52,781 bases of DNA from a virus (IMGVR_UViG_3300047201_000122:1-52781); one strand, 5' to 3'; numbered from the stretch's first letter, positions 27,706 to 37,253 are shown. Made by a program: numbers and translations. The notes: a model not told the origin generated them from the sequence alone.

Positions 27706-27908
27706 AGTGCTGGGAATGTAAAAAGAAAATTGACCATTGCCATAGGGTTTTTTATTGTGATAAGTTTGTAGAAAAAGGAAGAGATGTTTGCGATAATTGT
27801 TATAAACAATTAAAATTTAATCCTTGCCATTTTGCAGAAGTTAAGAAGATAACTGGAAGACAATTAGATTTGAAATTTTATAAAGTTAAAATTATGCACT
27901 GGTTATGA
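27702..27908 (+). CDS. Small Zn-finger protein
   Basis: CWEC...CDNC. Confidence 0.6.
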   Translation: MKCWECKKKIDHCHRVFYCDKFVEKGRDVCDNCYKQLKFNPCHFAEVKKITGRQLDLKFYKVKIMHWL

Positions 27909-27920
27909 AAGGAGAAGAAA

Positions 27921-28049
27921 ATGCCAAAGGCGATTTGTAAAAAATGCGGAAAGATATTTTGGGGTTGGGCTTTGAAATACAAAGATAGTTATTGTGATTG
28001 TTGCGGAGAGAAATTAGAAATAACTGAAATCCCTGACCCGAGAGATTAA
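27921..28049 (+). CDS. 42-aa Zn-ribbon protein, not in ORF track
   Basis: AAGGAG SD; MPKAICKKCGKIFWGWALKYKDSYCDCCGEKLEITEIPDPRD*. Confidence 0.7.
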   Translation: MPKAICKKCGKIFWGWALKYKDSYCDCCGEKLEITEIPDPRD

Positions 28050-28188
28050 AAATGTTAAGGAGCAGATGTAAATTAACTTTTATTAGAAATTAATTGCTTT
28101 TTAATCTCTATCAAAATATCGGGATTGGGGACGTTAGAATATATCTGTGATTAATTTAATCATTGGAGATTTAGTGCTTCCCAATCCT
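28041..28188 (+). other. Two consecutive long inverted repeats (structured intergenic element)
   Basis: AGAGATTAAAAA/TTTTTAATCTCT (28041-28109); GGATTGGG/CCCAATCC with inner TGATTA/TAATCA (28122-28187). Confidence 0.55.
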
Positions 28189-28201
28189 CATAAAAAATAT
28201 G

Positions 28202-28230
28202 TTGACTTTTATTTATAATTAGTATATAAT
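28202..28230 (+). promoter_or_regulatory. Sigma70 promoter for the radical SAM + mini-tmRNA unit
   Basis: TTGACT-17-TATAAT. Confidence 0.8.
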
Positions 28231-28262
28231 TTATATAATAAGCAAAAAGGGGTAAAAAAGAG

Positions 28263-29072
28263 ATGGGTATAATCTATAAACCTCAAGGCAAAGCGAAGGA
28301 ATACAGTCCTTACGCATTGAATATCTATATTGGATGTGACTACGCTTGCAGATATTGCTATATCAAAAATCTCTATGTTAATAACGAAAAGGTAAAACTT
28401 AGAGAAAATCTTATTTCGGGACTAGAGAATCAACTAAAAAAGCAGGAAATAAATAAACAAGTATTATTAAGTTTTCTCGGAGACCCCTATTGTATTGCAG
28501 ATATAGAATACAAAAAAACAAGAGAAACTCTGGAAATACTTAATCAATATGATGTTCCTGTCGCTATCCTATCTAAAGGCGGGAATCGGATACTAAGGGA
28601 TTTGGATTTATTCAAAAAATTTAAGAAGATAAAAGTAGGAGCTACTTTAACCCTCTTAGATAAAAAACAAAATGAATATTACGAGCCTAAAGCTGCATCA
28701 ACTGGAGAAAGAATATGCGTATTAAGAAAATTACATCAAGAAGGTATTCGGACTTGGGTTAGTTTTGAACCAGTTATAGATCCAGAGCAAACCTTAAAAA
28801 TATTGGAATTAACTAAAGATTTTGTAGATGAGTTTAAAGTGGGGAAAATGAATTATTTCCAATTACCGCAAAGTATAAATTGGGGAATATTTGGCGAGAG
28901 TATATCTAAGAGATTATTAGAAATACAAAAAGATTTTTATATTAAAAAAGATTTATATAAGTATATGGATTATAAGTTACAGCCAAAATATATAGACCAA
29001 GATTACCTGGCATTAAAAGACGATACGGAAACGATTAAAGAAAAAGATATAGAGCAACAAATATTATTTTAA
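28263..29072 (+). CDS. Radical SAM protein (SPL/photolyase-like type)
   Basis: LNIYIGCDYACRYCY (CxxxCxxC); GDPY; TWVSFEPVID. Confidence 0.85.
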   Translation: MGIIYKPQGKAKEYSPYALNIYIGCDYACRYCYIKNLYVNNEKVKLRENLISGLENQLKKQEINKQVLLSFLGDPYCIADIEYKKTRETLEILNQYDVPVAILSKGGNRILRDLDLFKKFKKIKVGATLTLLDKKQNEYYEPKAASTGERICVLRKLHQEGIRTWVSFEPVIDPEQTLKILELTKDFVDEFKVGKMNYFQLPQSINWGIFGESISKRLLEIQKDFYIKKDLYKYMDYKLQPKYIDQDYLALKDDTETIKEKDIEQQILF

Positions 29073-29075
29073 TAT

Positions 29076-29204
29076 GGGGGCGACAGGTTTCGATAGTTAT
29101 CTTCCAACGGGCGGGTCCCTCCTAAAGATAAATAGATTTATAACCTTGGAGTCTTTAGATAGGAAAGATGCTATACTCGGGTTCGATTCCCGACGCCTCC
29201 ACCA
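29076..29204 (+). ncRNA. ssrA: Miniature tmRNA-like RNA (tRNA-like domain with ~56-nt insert, 129 nt total)
   Basis: 5' GGGGGCG-ACAGGTTTCGA; 3' TAC-TCGGG-TTCGATT-CCCGA-CGCCTCC-A-CCA; G3.U70 pair; no D-stem; helix-2 TAGTTATCTTCC/GGAAAGATGCTA. Confidence 0.85.
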
Positions 29205-29318
29205 ATATTTGAAGTAGCTATATTATAATATACCAGAAAAATTAACTACGCGAAAAAGAGTGTTTTCTTAGGTATTCAAGGCATACCAAAAATAAAAAAA
29301 AGAAAGGAGAGGATATAT

Positions 29319-29489
29319 ATGCTACATCCAGCAATAATAAGACAAAGAGCAAGAAATAAAACAATATGGATAGCCAGAGAATATCATAAACCCTTACAAT
29401 TGAAGGCGAGGGAGTTGGGATGTTCGATGACTTTTTTACTAAATCAGATACTTAAAAAATATTTTGAAAAAGGAGTAAAAAATGAATAA
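29319..29489 (+). CDS. Ribbon-helix-helix-type regulator (56 aa), not in ORF track
   Basis: AAGGAGAGG SD; KTIWIAREYHKPLQLKARELGCSMTFLLNQILKKYF. Confidence 0.6.
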   Translation: MLHPAIIRQRARNKTIWIAREYHKPLQLKARELGCSMTFLLNQILKKYFEKGVKNE

Positions 29490-30402
29490 GAAAGAAATCG
29501 ATAATGTAAAAGTTAGATTTGATACATTATTGAGTGAATTGTTACAAAATATGAACGAGAAAGAGGACCTGCTGTCAAATAGAGTAATGGAAATTAATAT
29601 GGGAGTTAGTGGGACTATTAGCACGGCCAGTTTTGAGAATTGGAAACCGGGGTTTGGTATGAAGGTGAATACCGAAGGATTAACTAAAGAGCAAATAAGA
29701 GAAGCATATTTACAAGGCAAGGCAGAATTAAAAGGGCAGTTTAATCTGGAGAAGAATAATTGCAGGGCAGAAGCAGTATCGGAGAAATTTAAGAATATTG
29801 GATTTACTATAGTAAATAATATCGCCTATGTTTGGATTACCAGCGTTTGCAATTATGATAAAATATTTATGATTCCAGAATTTGAACTTAATCAATATTC
29901 CAGCAGGGGCAAAATTATCCACGAATTGATATATGAATTTATTAAGACAAAGAAGTGGATAGAAAATATCACTATTTTTTGTGAGGAGAAAGGGTTGATT
30001 GAGGATTTAGCCATAGTTCAGAAAGGAAATTTGAAATTAAGTATAGAGGATTGCAGTTATAAAAAAGTTATGGAAAATTGTATTGACAAAATAGAAGAAC
30101 CAGAATTTGAAGTTGAAGTAATAAATGATGAACATCTTTATAAGGGGAGAGCCGATTTCTTCTGCAAATGGGAAAAAATTCCCACAGTAGTAGATATAAA
30201 GGTAGGTTCAGCAAGGGATATGATGCAATTAGGAGCTGAGGCAGTATGCAAATTTGGAACAAAAAAGATGATTATAATTCCCGCTGGAGAATCTGATACC
30301 AAACAAGGATATTCAAAACCAATTGAGAATGAAAATGTTACAGAAGAATTTAAAAGATTTATTAAAAAGAGAGATAAATTTTTTAAAAAGTTTGGATTTT
30401 AA
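29482..30402 (+). CDS. PD-(D/E)XK exonuclease (recombination, Cas4/YqaJ-like)
   Basis: SRGKIIH...FEVEV...YKGRADF...VVDIKVG...QL. Confidence 0.7.
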   Translation: MNKKEIDNVKVRFDTLLSELLQNMNEKEDLLSNRVMEINMGVSGTISTASFENWKPGFGMKVNTEGLTKEQIREAYLQGKAELKGQFNLEKNNCRAEAVSEKFKNIGFTIVNNIAYVWITSVCNYDKIFMIPEFELNQYSSRGKIIHELIYEFIKTKKWIENITIFCEEKGLIEDLAIVQKGNLKLSIEDCSYKKVMENCIDKIEEPEFEVEVINDEHLYKGRADFFCKWEKIPTVVDIKVGSARDMMQLGAEAVCKFGTKKMIIIPAGESDTKQGYSKPIENENVTEEFKRFIKKRDKFFKKFGF

Positions 30403-30417
30403 TCGGAAGGAAATAAG

Positions 30418-31017
30418 ATGAGAATAAAAGGAACATATCATCATTCTGAAAAAACGAAAGAAAAAATAAGTAAATCACATATTGGAAAACATTTATCAGA
30501 AGAATCAAAAAGAAAAATAAGTATATCTAATCTTGGAAAATCTCCTAATCGTTTAGGAATATCTCATACAGAAGAGACAAGAAAAAAAATGAGCAAATCT
30601 CATCTTGGGAATAAATCTACCTTAGGCAAACATCTTTCAGAAGAACATAAAAATAAAATAAGTAAATCTCTTAAAAAGGAAAAACATCCTAATTGGCAAG
30701 GAGGTATTTCATATCAAAAAGGATATGGTAATTTTAAAACTAGAAGAAGAAATATTAAGAAATATAATAATGGAGGTTTCCATACCATTGGAGATTGGGA
30801 GAATTTAAAAGCACAATATAATTGGATTTGTCCTTGTTGTGGGAAAAGAGAACCTGAAATAAAATTATCAGAAGACCACATAATACCAATAACGAAAGGG
30901 GGTAGTGATAATATAGAAAATATACAACCACTTTGTAAGTCTTGTAATTCAAGAAAATTTACAAAGATAATTAGATATAATGAAGGGAGATATATAAAAT
31001 GTATAGAAGTCAATTAA
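30418..31017 (+). CDS. NUMOD3-repeat HNH homing endonuclease
   Basis: [12 protein letters not shown]-type repeats; CPCC...[25 protein letters not shown]. Confidence 0.9.
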   Translation: MRIKGTYHHSEKTKEKISKSHIGKHLSEESKRKISISNLGKSPNRLGISHTEETRKKMSKSHLGNKSTLGKHLSEEHKNKISKSLKKEKHPNWQGGISYQKGYGNFKTRRRNIKKYNNGGFHTIGDWENLKAQYNWICPCCGKREPEIKLSEDHIIPITKGGSDNIENIQPLCKSCNSRKFTKIIRYNEGRYIKCIEVN

Positions 31018-31161
31018 AAAGAAAGATTAATAGCGTAATGGCAAAATATGGAAATGATAATAAATATTTAAGATGGAATATGGTCAATATGATAATGGAA
31101 TTGGTAGATTTATATTATACTAAATTCAAAATTAAATATGATGAAAGGAAATTAAAAGAAA

Positions 31162-32421
31162 ATGAAAATCATTAATTTAAAAAGTAATAATTTAAAAGGT
31201 ATCAAGGCAATAGATATAACACCAAAAGATGATATGGTAATCATATCTGGTAAGAATGGAGCAGGAAAAACTTCGGCACTTGATTCAATATGGTACGCGA
31301 CAGAGTGGAAGGCAGGCTCTAAAGGTACTCCGATGCCAATCAGAAAGGGAGAAAAATTTGCAGATGTTAGGTTAACTCTATGTGAGGATTTAACAAAAGA
31401 GCAAATCGAGCAAGGGATAAAACCTAAACCGTTATTCATCGTTTATAGAAGCTGGACTTTAACTGGGAATACATATCTAAAAGTTACCAATGCAGAAGGT
31501 TTAGCCTATGATACACCCCAGAAGTTATTAGATGGGTTTATCGGATATTTGAGTTTCGACCCCAGAATATTTGCACGTATGAATGATAAAGAGCAGAGAG
31601 ATTTATTAATTAAAATAACAGGATTCGATGTTACTGCAATAGAGGAGAAAATAGTTGAATTAAGAGAGAAAAGAAGATTGCAAGGGCAAAAGGTTAAATT
31701 GCTATCTGGAGAAAGAGAAGAAATACTCATTGAGGATTTACCGGAGAAAGAAATTTCAATAGCTGAAATGAACGATAAATTACAAAAGGCTCTCTATGAG
31801 AATCAGCAATTAGAAAGAAATATAGAAGGGTTAGAAGAGGCTAAAACAGAATTACGTAAATATGAATTAGAAGTAGAAAGATTTAAATTAATAATAAAAG
31901 GAAGAAAAGATTATATAGCAAATCATAAAAAGATTGATGTAGATGATATGAAATCTCAATTATTAAAAGCTTCGGTTATCAATGACCAGATTAAGGCTCG
32001 CAAACGAAACGAAGAATCTGATAAAAAACAAAAAGAAGCTCAGAACGTTTATGACGAGTTTACTCAAGGGATAGAAAGTTATACTACCGAATTGAAAGAA
32101 GGTCTTAAAAAATCGTGGTCTAAAATTCCTGACCAGAAATTGAGTTTGACTGAAACGGGTATTGCCTATGACGGTATCCCGTACTCTCAAATATCATTTT
32201 CTGAACAATTAATAATTGCTCTGAGAATTGGGATGGCTCTAAATACAATATTAAGAGTGATAAGAATTTCAGATTATTCATTATTAGACGAGGAAAGCAA
32301 AAAAACCATTAGGCAAATGTCTAAGGACGAGAATTATCAAATATGGGCTGAGACTGTAGACGGGACCGGGGAAATTGGTTTCTACATCGAGAATGGAGAA
32401 ATAGTTGACAAACGAAAGTAG
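31162..32421 (+). CDS. SMC/Rad50-like ABC-ATPase
   Basis: Walker A SGKNGAGKTS; long coiled coil; SFSEQ signature; SLLDEE. Confidence 0.85.
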   Translation: MKIINLKSNNLKGIKAIDITPKDDMVIISGKNGAGKTSALDSIWYATEWKAGSKGTPMPIRKGEKFADVRLTLCEDLTKEQIEQGIKPKPLFIVYRSWTLTGNTYLKVTNAEGLAYDTPQKLLDGFIGYLSFDPRIFARMNDKEQRDLLIKITGFDVTAIEEKIVELREKRRLQGQKVKLLSGEREEILIEDLPEKEISIAEMNDKLQKALYENQQLERNIEGLEEAKTELRKYELEVERFKLIIKGRKDYIANHKKIDVDDMKSQLLKASVINDQIKARKRNEESDKKQKEAQNVYDEFTQGIESYTTELKEGLKKSWSKIPDQKLSLTETGIAYDGIPYSQISFSEQLIIALRIGMALNTILRVIRISDYSLLDEESKKTIRQMSKDENYQIWAETVDGTGEIGFYIENGEIVDKRK

Positions 32422-32433
32422 ATAATATATAAT
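32405..32433 (+). promoter_or_regulatory. Consensus promoter for HNH family B unit 3 (overlaps the ATPase stop)
   Basis: TTGACA-17-TATAAT. Confidence 0.85.
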
Positions 32434-32439
32434 ATTAAG

Positions 32440-32543
32440 TGAGAGTAAGAGAAGCGGTTTTTTTATTATAAATATAAAAGGACGCAAAGTAAGTGTAAGA
32501 ATCTTTGACCGCTTCTTACTCTCAAACTGAAATGCGTCCTTTT
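32440..32543 (+). ncRNA. Interleaved A-B-A'-B' leader RNA, copy 3 (loop-E motif)
   Basis: TGAGAGTAA-GA-GAAGCGGTT/GACCGCTTC-TTACTCTCA; AAAAGGACGCA-AAGTA-AGT/ACT-GAAA-TGCGTCCTTTT. Confidence 0.8.
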
Positions 32544-32559
32544 TATTTAGGAGAAAATT

Positions 32560-33174
32560 ATGCTTAGTAGAAAAGAGATAGATAGAAGATATTATCTTGG
32601 ACATAAAGAAAAAGTAAAAGAAAAAAATAGAAAGTTTAGAGAAGAGAATCCTTTATATTCCAAAAAATGGTGGGAAAATAATCGTAGAAAACAAAAGAAA
32701 TATCAAATGGAATGGAAAAAGAAGAATATAAAGAAGGCAAAAGAAATTTGGGATAAATATTATATGGAGAATATCACAAATATAAGAATAAGAGATAAAA
32801 AATTCAAAAAGGAAAAATATAAAACTGATTTAAGATATCATATTAATGATTTAATGAGTAGAGCAATAAGACATTCTTTAAAGGGGAATAAGAATAATCG
32901 TAGTTGGAGTATTCTCGTAGATTATAAATTGAATGATTTGATAAGACATCTCAAAAAGACTTTACCTGATGGTTATATTTGGCAAGACTATATAGAAGGC
33001 AAACTACATATAGACCATATAATCCCAGTTACTGCTTTTAACTTTACTAAACCAGAACATATAGATTTTAAAAGATGTTGGGCTTTGGGAAATTTAAGAT
33101 TATTGCCAGCAAGGGAAAATATAAAAAAGAATAATAAATTATCTAAACCGTTTCAACCTGCATTAAAAATATAA
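32560..33174 (+). CDS. HNH-type endonuclease, family B
   Basis: LHIDHIIPVTAFNFTKPEHIDFKRCWALGNLRLLPAREN. Confidence 0.85.
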   Translation: MLSRKEIDRRYYLGHKEKVKEKNRKFREENPLYSKKWWENNRRKQKKYQMEWKKKNIKKAKEIWDKYYMENITNIRIRDKKFKKEKYKTDLRYHINDLMSRAIRHSLKGNKNNRSWSILVDYKLNDLIRHLKKTLPDGYIWQDYIEGKLHIDHIIPVTAFNFTKPEHIDFKRCWALGNLRLLPARENIKKNNKLSKPFQPALKI

Positions 33175-33568
33175 AAGAAAGGAGATAAGAATATGGATAT
33201 GAAATTTATCTGGATATTCCTAATATGGTCAGTTATAATGATAATCTTGGTAAGTAATAAATTGAGAAAAGAAAAGGAAGAAAAGATGACTATAAGTAAA
33301 AAAGGATTAAAGAATTATGATAAGCCATTAGAAATGAGTATTGGAGAGAGATTAAGAAGGAAAAATAATTCAAAAGGGGGATTAAAATGGTAGAAGAAAA
33401 ATTAGAAGAATTAAAGAAGATTTTTAAAATGGAAATAAGAGATATTATCAGTAAAGCGAAATTAAATCAAGCATATTTTATGAGTGATGATTATATACAG
33501 AAAATAACTGATAAATTAGTTTATGAAGTCAAGATAAGAATAAATAATAAATAAGGGGGTCTGATAGA

Positions 33569-34342
33569 ATGAAATTGACGATTAAGGAAATAAAAGAGAA
33601 ATGTGAAAAGGATGATAAGGTATCCTTTAAAGGAGAAGTTAAAGCTGTTTATGCTGGGGTAGAAGCAATAACAAAGTATTCCGTCTTAAGACAAAATGTA
33701 ATAATAAAAGATGAAACTGATGAGATAAAGGTAATTATCAGTCATAAAGCGAAAGAGGATGAATATACCAAAGAAATAATTGGTAAGCAGATAGAGATAG
33801 TAAATGGAAAAGTAAGCGAATACAATAATCAGAAAAATATCTTTGTAAGCAAATTAACATTTAAAGAAGGGGAAGCTCCTCAACAGAAGGATACTTCAAC
33901 TACAATAAGACCCGCGACTACTTCAATATTACCAGCAGGAGCAGAAATAAGAAAAGTTTCTTTAATGGGAGCAATTCAATTTTGGGGTTCGCATATAGGA
34001 TTTGCAGGGAATGAAGAAGAGATAATAGTTACAGCTAAAAAGTTTGAGACTTATATTCGAGGGTCAATAGCTAAAACTAAAACTGAAATTAAACCAAAAC
34101 CTGAAGATAAACCAATCGAAAAAAAGGAACTACCAAAAGATGAATCAAGGCAAGTAATAGTTCTAGAGCAAGAAAAGATTAAATTGATAAATGAGATTAT
34201 GGAATTAAAGGAAACTCAAAATATTGACGCAGAATCTTTTGCCAGCTATTGCGATGATAAAGATATTAAAACTTTATCTATCGAAGCATTGAGGGAATTA
34301 AAAAAGAGATTAGAAAGTTTTACAGATGATATACCATTTTAA
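33569..34342 (+). CDS. OB-fold single-stranded DNA-binding protein
   Basis: VSFKGEVKAV...IIKDETDEIKV OB pattern; C-terminal acidic DDIPF tail. Confidence 0.75.
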   Translation: MKLTIKEIKEKCEKDDKVSFKGEVKAVYAGVEAITKYSVLRQNVIIKDETDEIKVIISHKAKEDEYTKEIIGKQIEIVNGKVSEYNNQKNIFVSKLTFKEGEAPQQKDTSTTIRPATTSILPAGAEIRKVSLMGAIQFWGSHIGFAGNEEEIIVTAKKFETYIRGSIAKTKTEIKPKPEDKPIEKKELPKDESRQVIVLEQEKIKLINEIMELKETQNIDAESFASYCDDKDIKTLSIEALRELKKRLESFTDDIPF

Positions 34343-35292
34343 AAAAGGCAGGTAATCAAAATGAAGGGATATAATATTATCATAAGCAATGTAAAAAGAT
34401 TATTAGGATATCATCCTAAATATTATGCGATGGGATATATTTATGCTCTTTTAGATTGGAGAATGATAAATCAAGAAACTTATGAAAAATTAAAAATATT
34501 CATAGAGAAAGGGAAAAATTATGTCGATAAGTAAATTTAAGAAAGATAAGAAGATAAAAAAAGTAAAAATATTAAAAGAATTTGAAGCAGACTATATATT
34601 TCTAACAAAACATCCAATTCTCAAGAATACATTGATATCAGAAGTATTATATGAGGGGAGAGATTATGAAGGAGGAAATGAAGATTGATAAATGAAAAAG
34701 AAAAAGATTTATGGTTTTATAATCTTGAGGATTCAAAGAAGCAAGAAATACTTGAAAATATTTATATAGGAGAAATTATTTATGATTTAGATAACGATTG
34801 GAAATATCTTGATTGGAAGATAAAATTGGAAGCATATATGGAAAATAATCCATAGAAAGGAGTTGGGGATGAAAAAAAAGGAGATTGAGATGACTAATTT
34901 AGAATGGTTAAAAAAGATGAAAAAAGAAGATATAAAATATCCTCTTTACGATGAGGATATAACTGAAACGCAATATAGAATTAGAATAATGAAAGCAACT
35001 GAAATTATTGCAGAGCAAATAATAAATTTGGATAATACTTTGGCATGCATAGTATCCACTTTAGAGAATATAGAAACTGCTATTAAGCAAGGGGGTTAAA
35101 AGAATTGATAATTATTGAAGAAGATATGAAATTAGGGACTAAAAGAAAAGTAACTTTTAGGGAAACATATTGTAATTTATTAAATACTAACAAATTAACA
35201 AAAGTTAAATTAAATTACCTTTTATTAAGTAATATCAAAATATTAAATGAAAGATTTGCATATCAAAGGCAAATAACAGAGGAAAGGAAAGA

Positions 35293-35807
35293 ATGAAAAC
35301 AAAAGTGGAGAGAAAAGTAAAAAATATTGTAATTATAAATGTCGAGGAAATAATGATAGAGGGAAGGAACATTCGGAAGAAACTAAAAATAAAATAGGTT
35401 TATCAAATATAGGTAAGCACAATAGACCTCACACAGATATAGAAAAAGGAAAAATAGGGTTAGCAGGGATTGGAAGAATATGGTCTATTGAAAGAAGGTT
35501 AAAATTTTCAGAAGGAAGGAAAGGAAGTTGGAGTCATTTATGGAAAGGAGGGAAAGATAGAAATAATTACAAACATTATAGTAATGCAGAATACAAGATA
35601 TGGAGAGAGCAAGTATTTAAAAGAGATAATTATACTTGCCAAATATGTGGGACAAAAAGCCAAATAGGAAACAGAATTTATCTACATCCACACCATATTA
35701 AATCCTATACATATTATCCCGAATTAAGATACGATGTAAACAATGGGGAAACCTATTGTAAGAAATGTCATTTAGAAAAACACTTTAAGATGAAAGGAAG
35801 TGATTAA
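35293..35807 (+). pseudogene. NUMOD3-HNH endonuclease whose ATG is out of frame (frameshift near an A6 run at ~35319)
   Basis: Open frame 35277-35807: HSEETKNKIG...WREQVFKRDNYTCQICG...HPHHIKS...DVNNGETYCKKCH, with no usable in-frame ATG; SD-ATG at 35293 is in another frame. Confidence 0.75.
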
Positions 35808-36609
35808 AATCGCTAAGTATAGATTCGTCGAAACTGTTTTTTGGGAGGACCCCGATGTAGCATTGCTTACTCCCGAACAAAAATATTTTTACTTATATTT
35901 ATTAACCCGCCCCCAGAGTAGTCAATGTGGAGTGAGTCCATTTAATATCACCCTCGTATCTGCTCATACTGGTTATAATTATGAAACAATTCAAAAATTA
36001 TTAAGTATCTTCGAGAAGGACTTAAAAAAGATTAAATATAATTCGGTGACTAAAGAGGTGGCTATTAAAAATTGGGGCAAATATAATTATAGAACGGATT
36101 TTGAAGATGGTAAGAATGAGAAGATGAGGAAGCACATACAAACAGAATTACAAAAAGTAAAGGATAAAAGTTTAATAAATTTCTTAGAAGGAATAGATAA
36201 AGAAATAATAGAAGAGACAGAAGGATTTAATGATGAGAAAAGTAAAACTTTAAACGAAATTGCAGAAAAGATATTTGAATTCTGGAAGATAAAGATGACA
36301 CATCCAAGTGCTAAATATGGAAAAGAAAGAGCAATAAAAATAAAGGCCAGATTGAAAGAAGGTTATACTGAAGAAGATTGTAAGGATGCTATAACTGGAT
36401 GCTCTATGAGTGATTATCATATGGGAAGAGATTTTAAACATAATTTAACAAATACTGTTTATGACTCGATAGACTTGATATTCAGGAACGGAGAACATAT
36501 CGAAAAATTTATCTCTTACAAGAAGAGAGGGGATAAAGCTAAAACTATAAAGGATAAAGTCGAGCAGGATAAATTTGACTGGCAGGAAGCCATAGGAGAT
36601 AGACAATGA
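35800..36609 (+). CDS. Phage replication initiator (replisome organiser)
   Basis: AKYRFVETVFWED...KYFYLYLLT...IKNWGKYN N-domain; IKARLKEGYT...DAI C-domain. Confidence 0.8.
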   Translation: MIKIAKYRFVETVFWEDPDVALLTPEQKYFYLYLLTRPQSSQCGVSPFNITLVSAHTGYNYETIQKLLSIFEKDLKKIKYNSVTKEVAIKNWGKYNYRTDFEDGKNEKMRKHIQTELQKVKDKSLINFLEGIDKEIIEETEGFNDEKSKTLNEIAEKIFEFWKIKMTHPSAKYGKERAIKIKARLKEGYTEEDCKDAITGCSMSDYHMGRDFKHNLTNTVYDSIDLIFRNGEHIEKFISYKKRGDKAKTIKDKVEQDKFDWQEAIGDRQ

Positions 36610-37127
36610 ACAAAGCAGACACAATAAAAAAATGTTTTAACATCCTCGAGTCCGAATATGGTATACAAACTGAATATAAAAAAGAGGTTTGGGCTAATAT
36701 TTTAAGAGGATATCCTGCTGAAAAAATAATGAGAGCTACAATTAAATATCTCGAAACATCAAGATTTTTTCCATTTGTTTCAGATATTATTAAATTAATT
36801 GAAGGGAATAGGGCGGGAGAGGCCGAAAAAGCCTGGAGTAATTTAATTGAGGATATTATTGATATTGGTTATTATGGAACGCCTTCAAAATGGAAAAAAG
36901 ATAAAATTGTGGAAGAAATTGTAGAGATATTAGGTGGATGGCAGAAGGTATGCGATATTAAAGAGGATGAAATAAAATGGGTAAGAAGAGAATTTATAGT
37001 TCTTTATAAGACTATCAAAGAACAAAAACAAATTGGAAGAGAAGAAATATTAGCATTAGAAAAACGAGAACAGAACAGAAATCAGATAGAAGTTCTTGAT
37101 AAGAAAGGAGAGGAAAATGGTATTTAA
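36606..37127 (+). CDS. Helicase loader/inhibitor-like protein (G39P-like N-domain)
   Basis: WANIL...SRFFPFVSDI...AEKAW...LGGWQKVC...REF; adjacent to the initiator. Confidence 0.65.
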   Translation: MNKADTIKKCFNILESEYGIQTEYKKEVWANILRGYPAEKIMRATIKYLETSRFFPFVSDIIKLIEGNRAGEAEKAWSNLIEDIIDIGYYGTPSKWKKDKIVEEIVEILGGWQKVCDIKEDEIKWVRREFIVLYKTIKEQKQIGREEILALEKREQNRNQIEVLDKKGEENGI

Positions 37128-37253
37128 ATTTGCTTTAGGAGCACAAGTTAAAGAGAAATTATACAATGCAAGATTTTAAGGATTGGATTGAGATGGTTTA
37201 TAATAATATGTTTTTATGAGATAAATTTATCATAATTTAAAGAGGTAAAAACA

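Noticed and set aside
29076-29204. Ordinary tRNA-Ala or an attP fragment of ssrA
   Set aside because: There is no D-stem or anticodon arm; both the 5' and 3' ends are present and paired; no integrase is seen in an apparently complete genome.
21032-33174. IscB/TnpB (OMEGA) identity for the RNA-associated HNH genes
   Set aside because: No PLMP or split RuvC motifs; the proteins are only 204-243 aa. RNA guidance remains an untested hypothesis.
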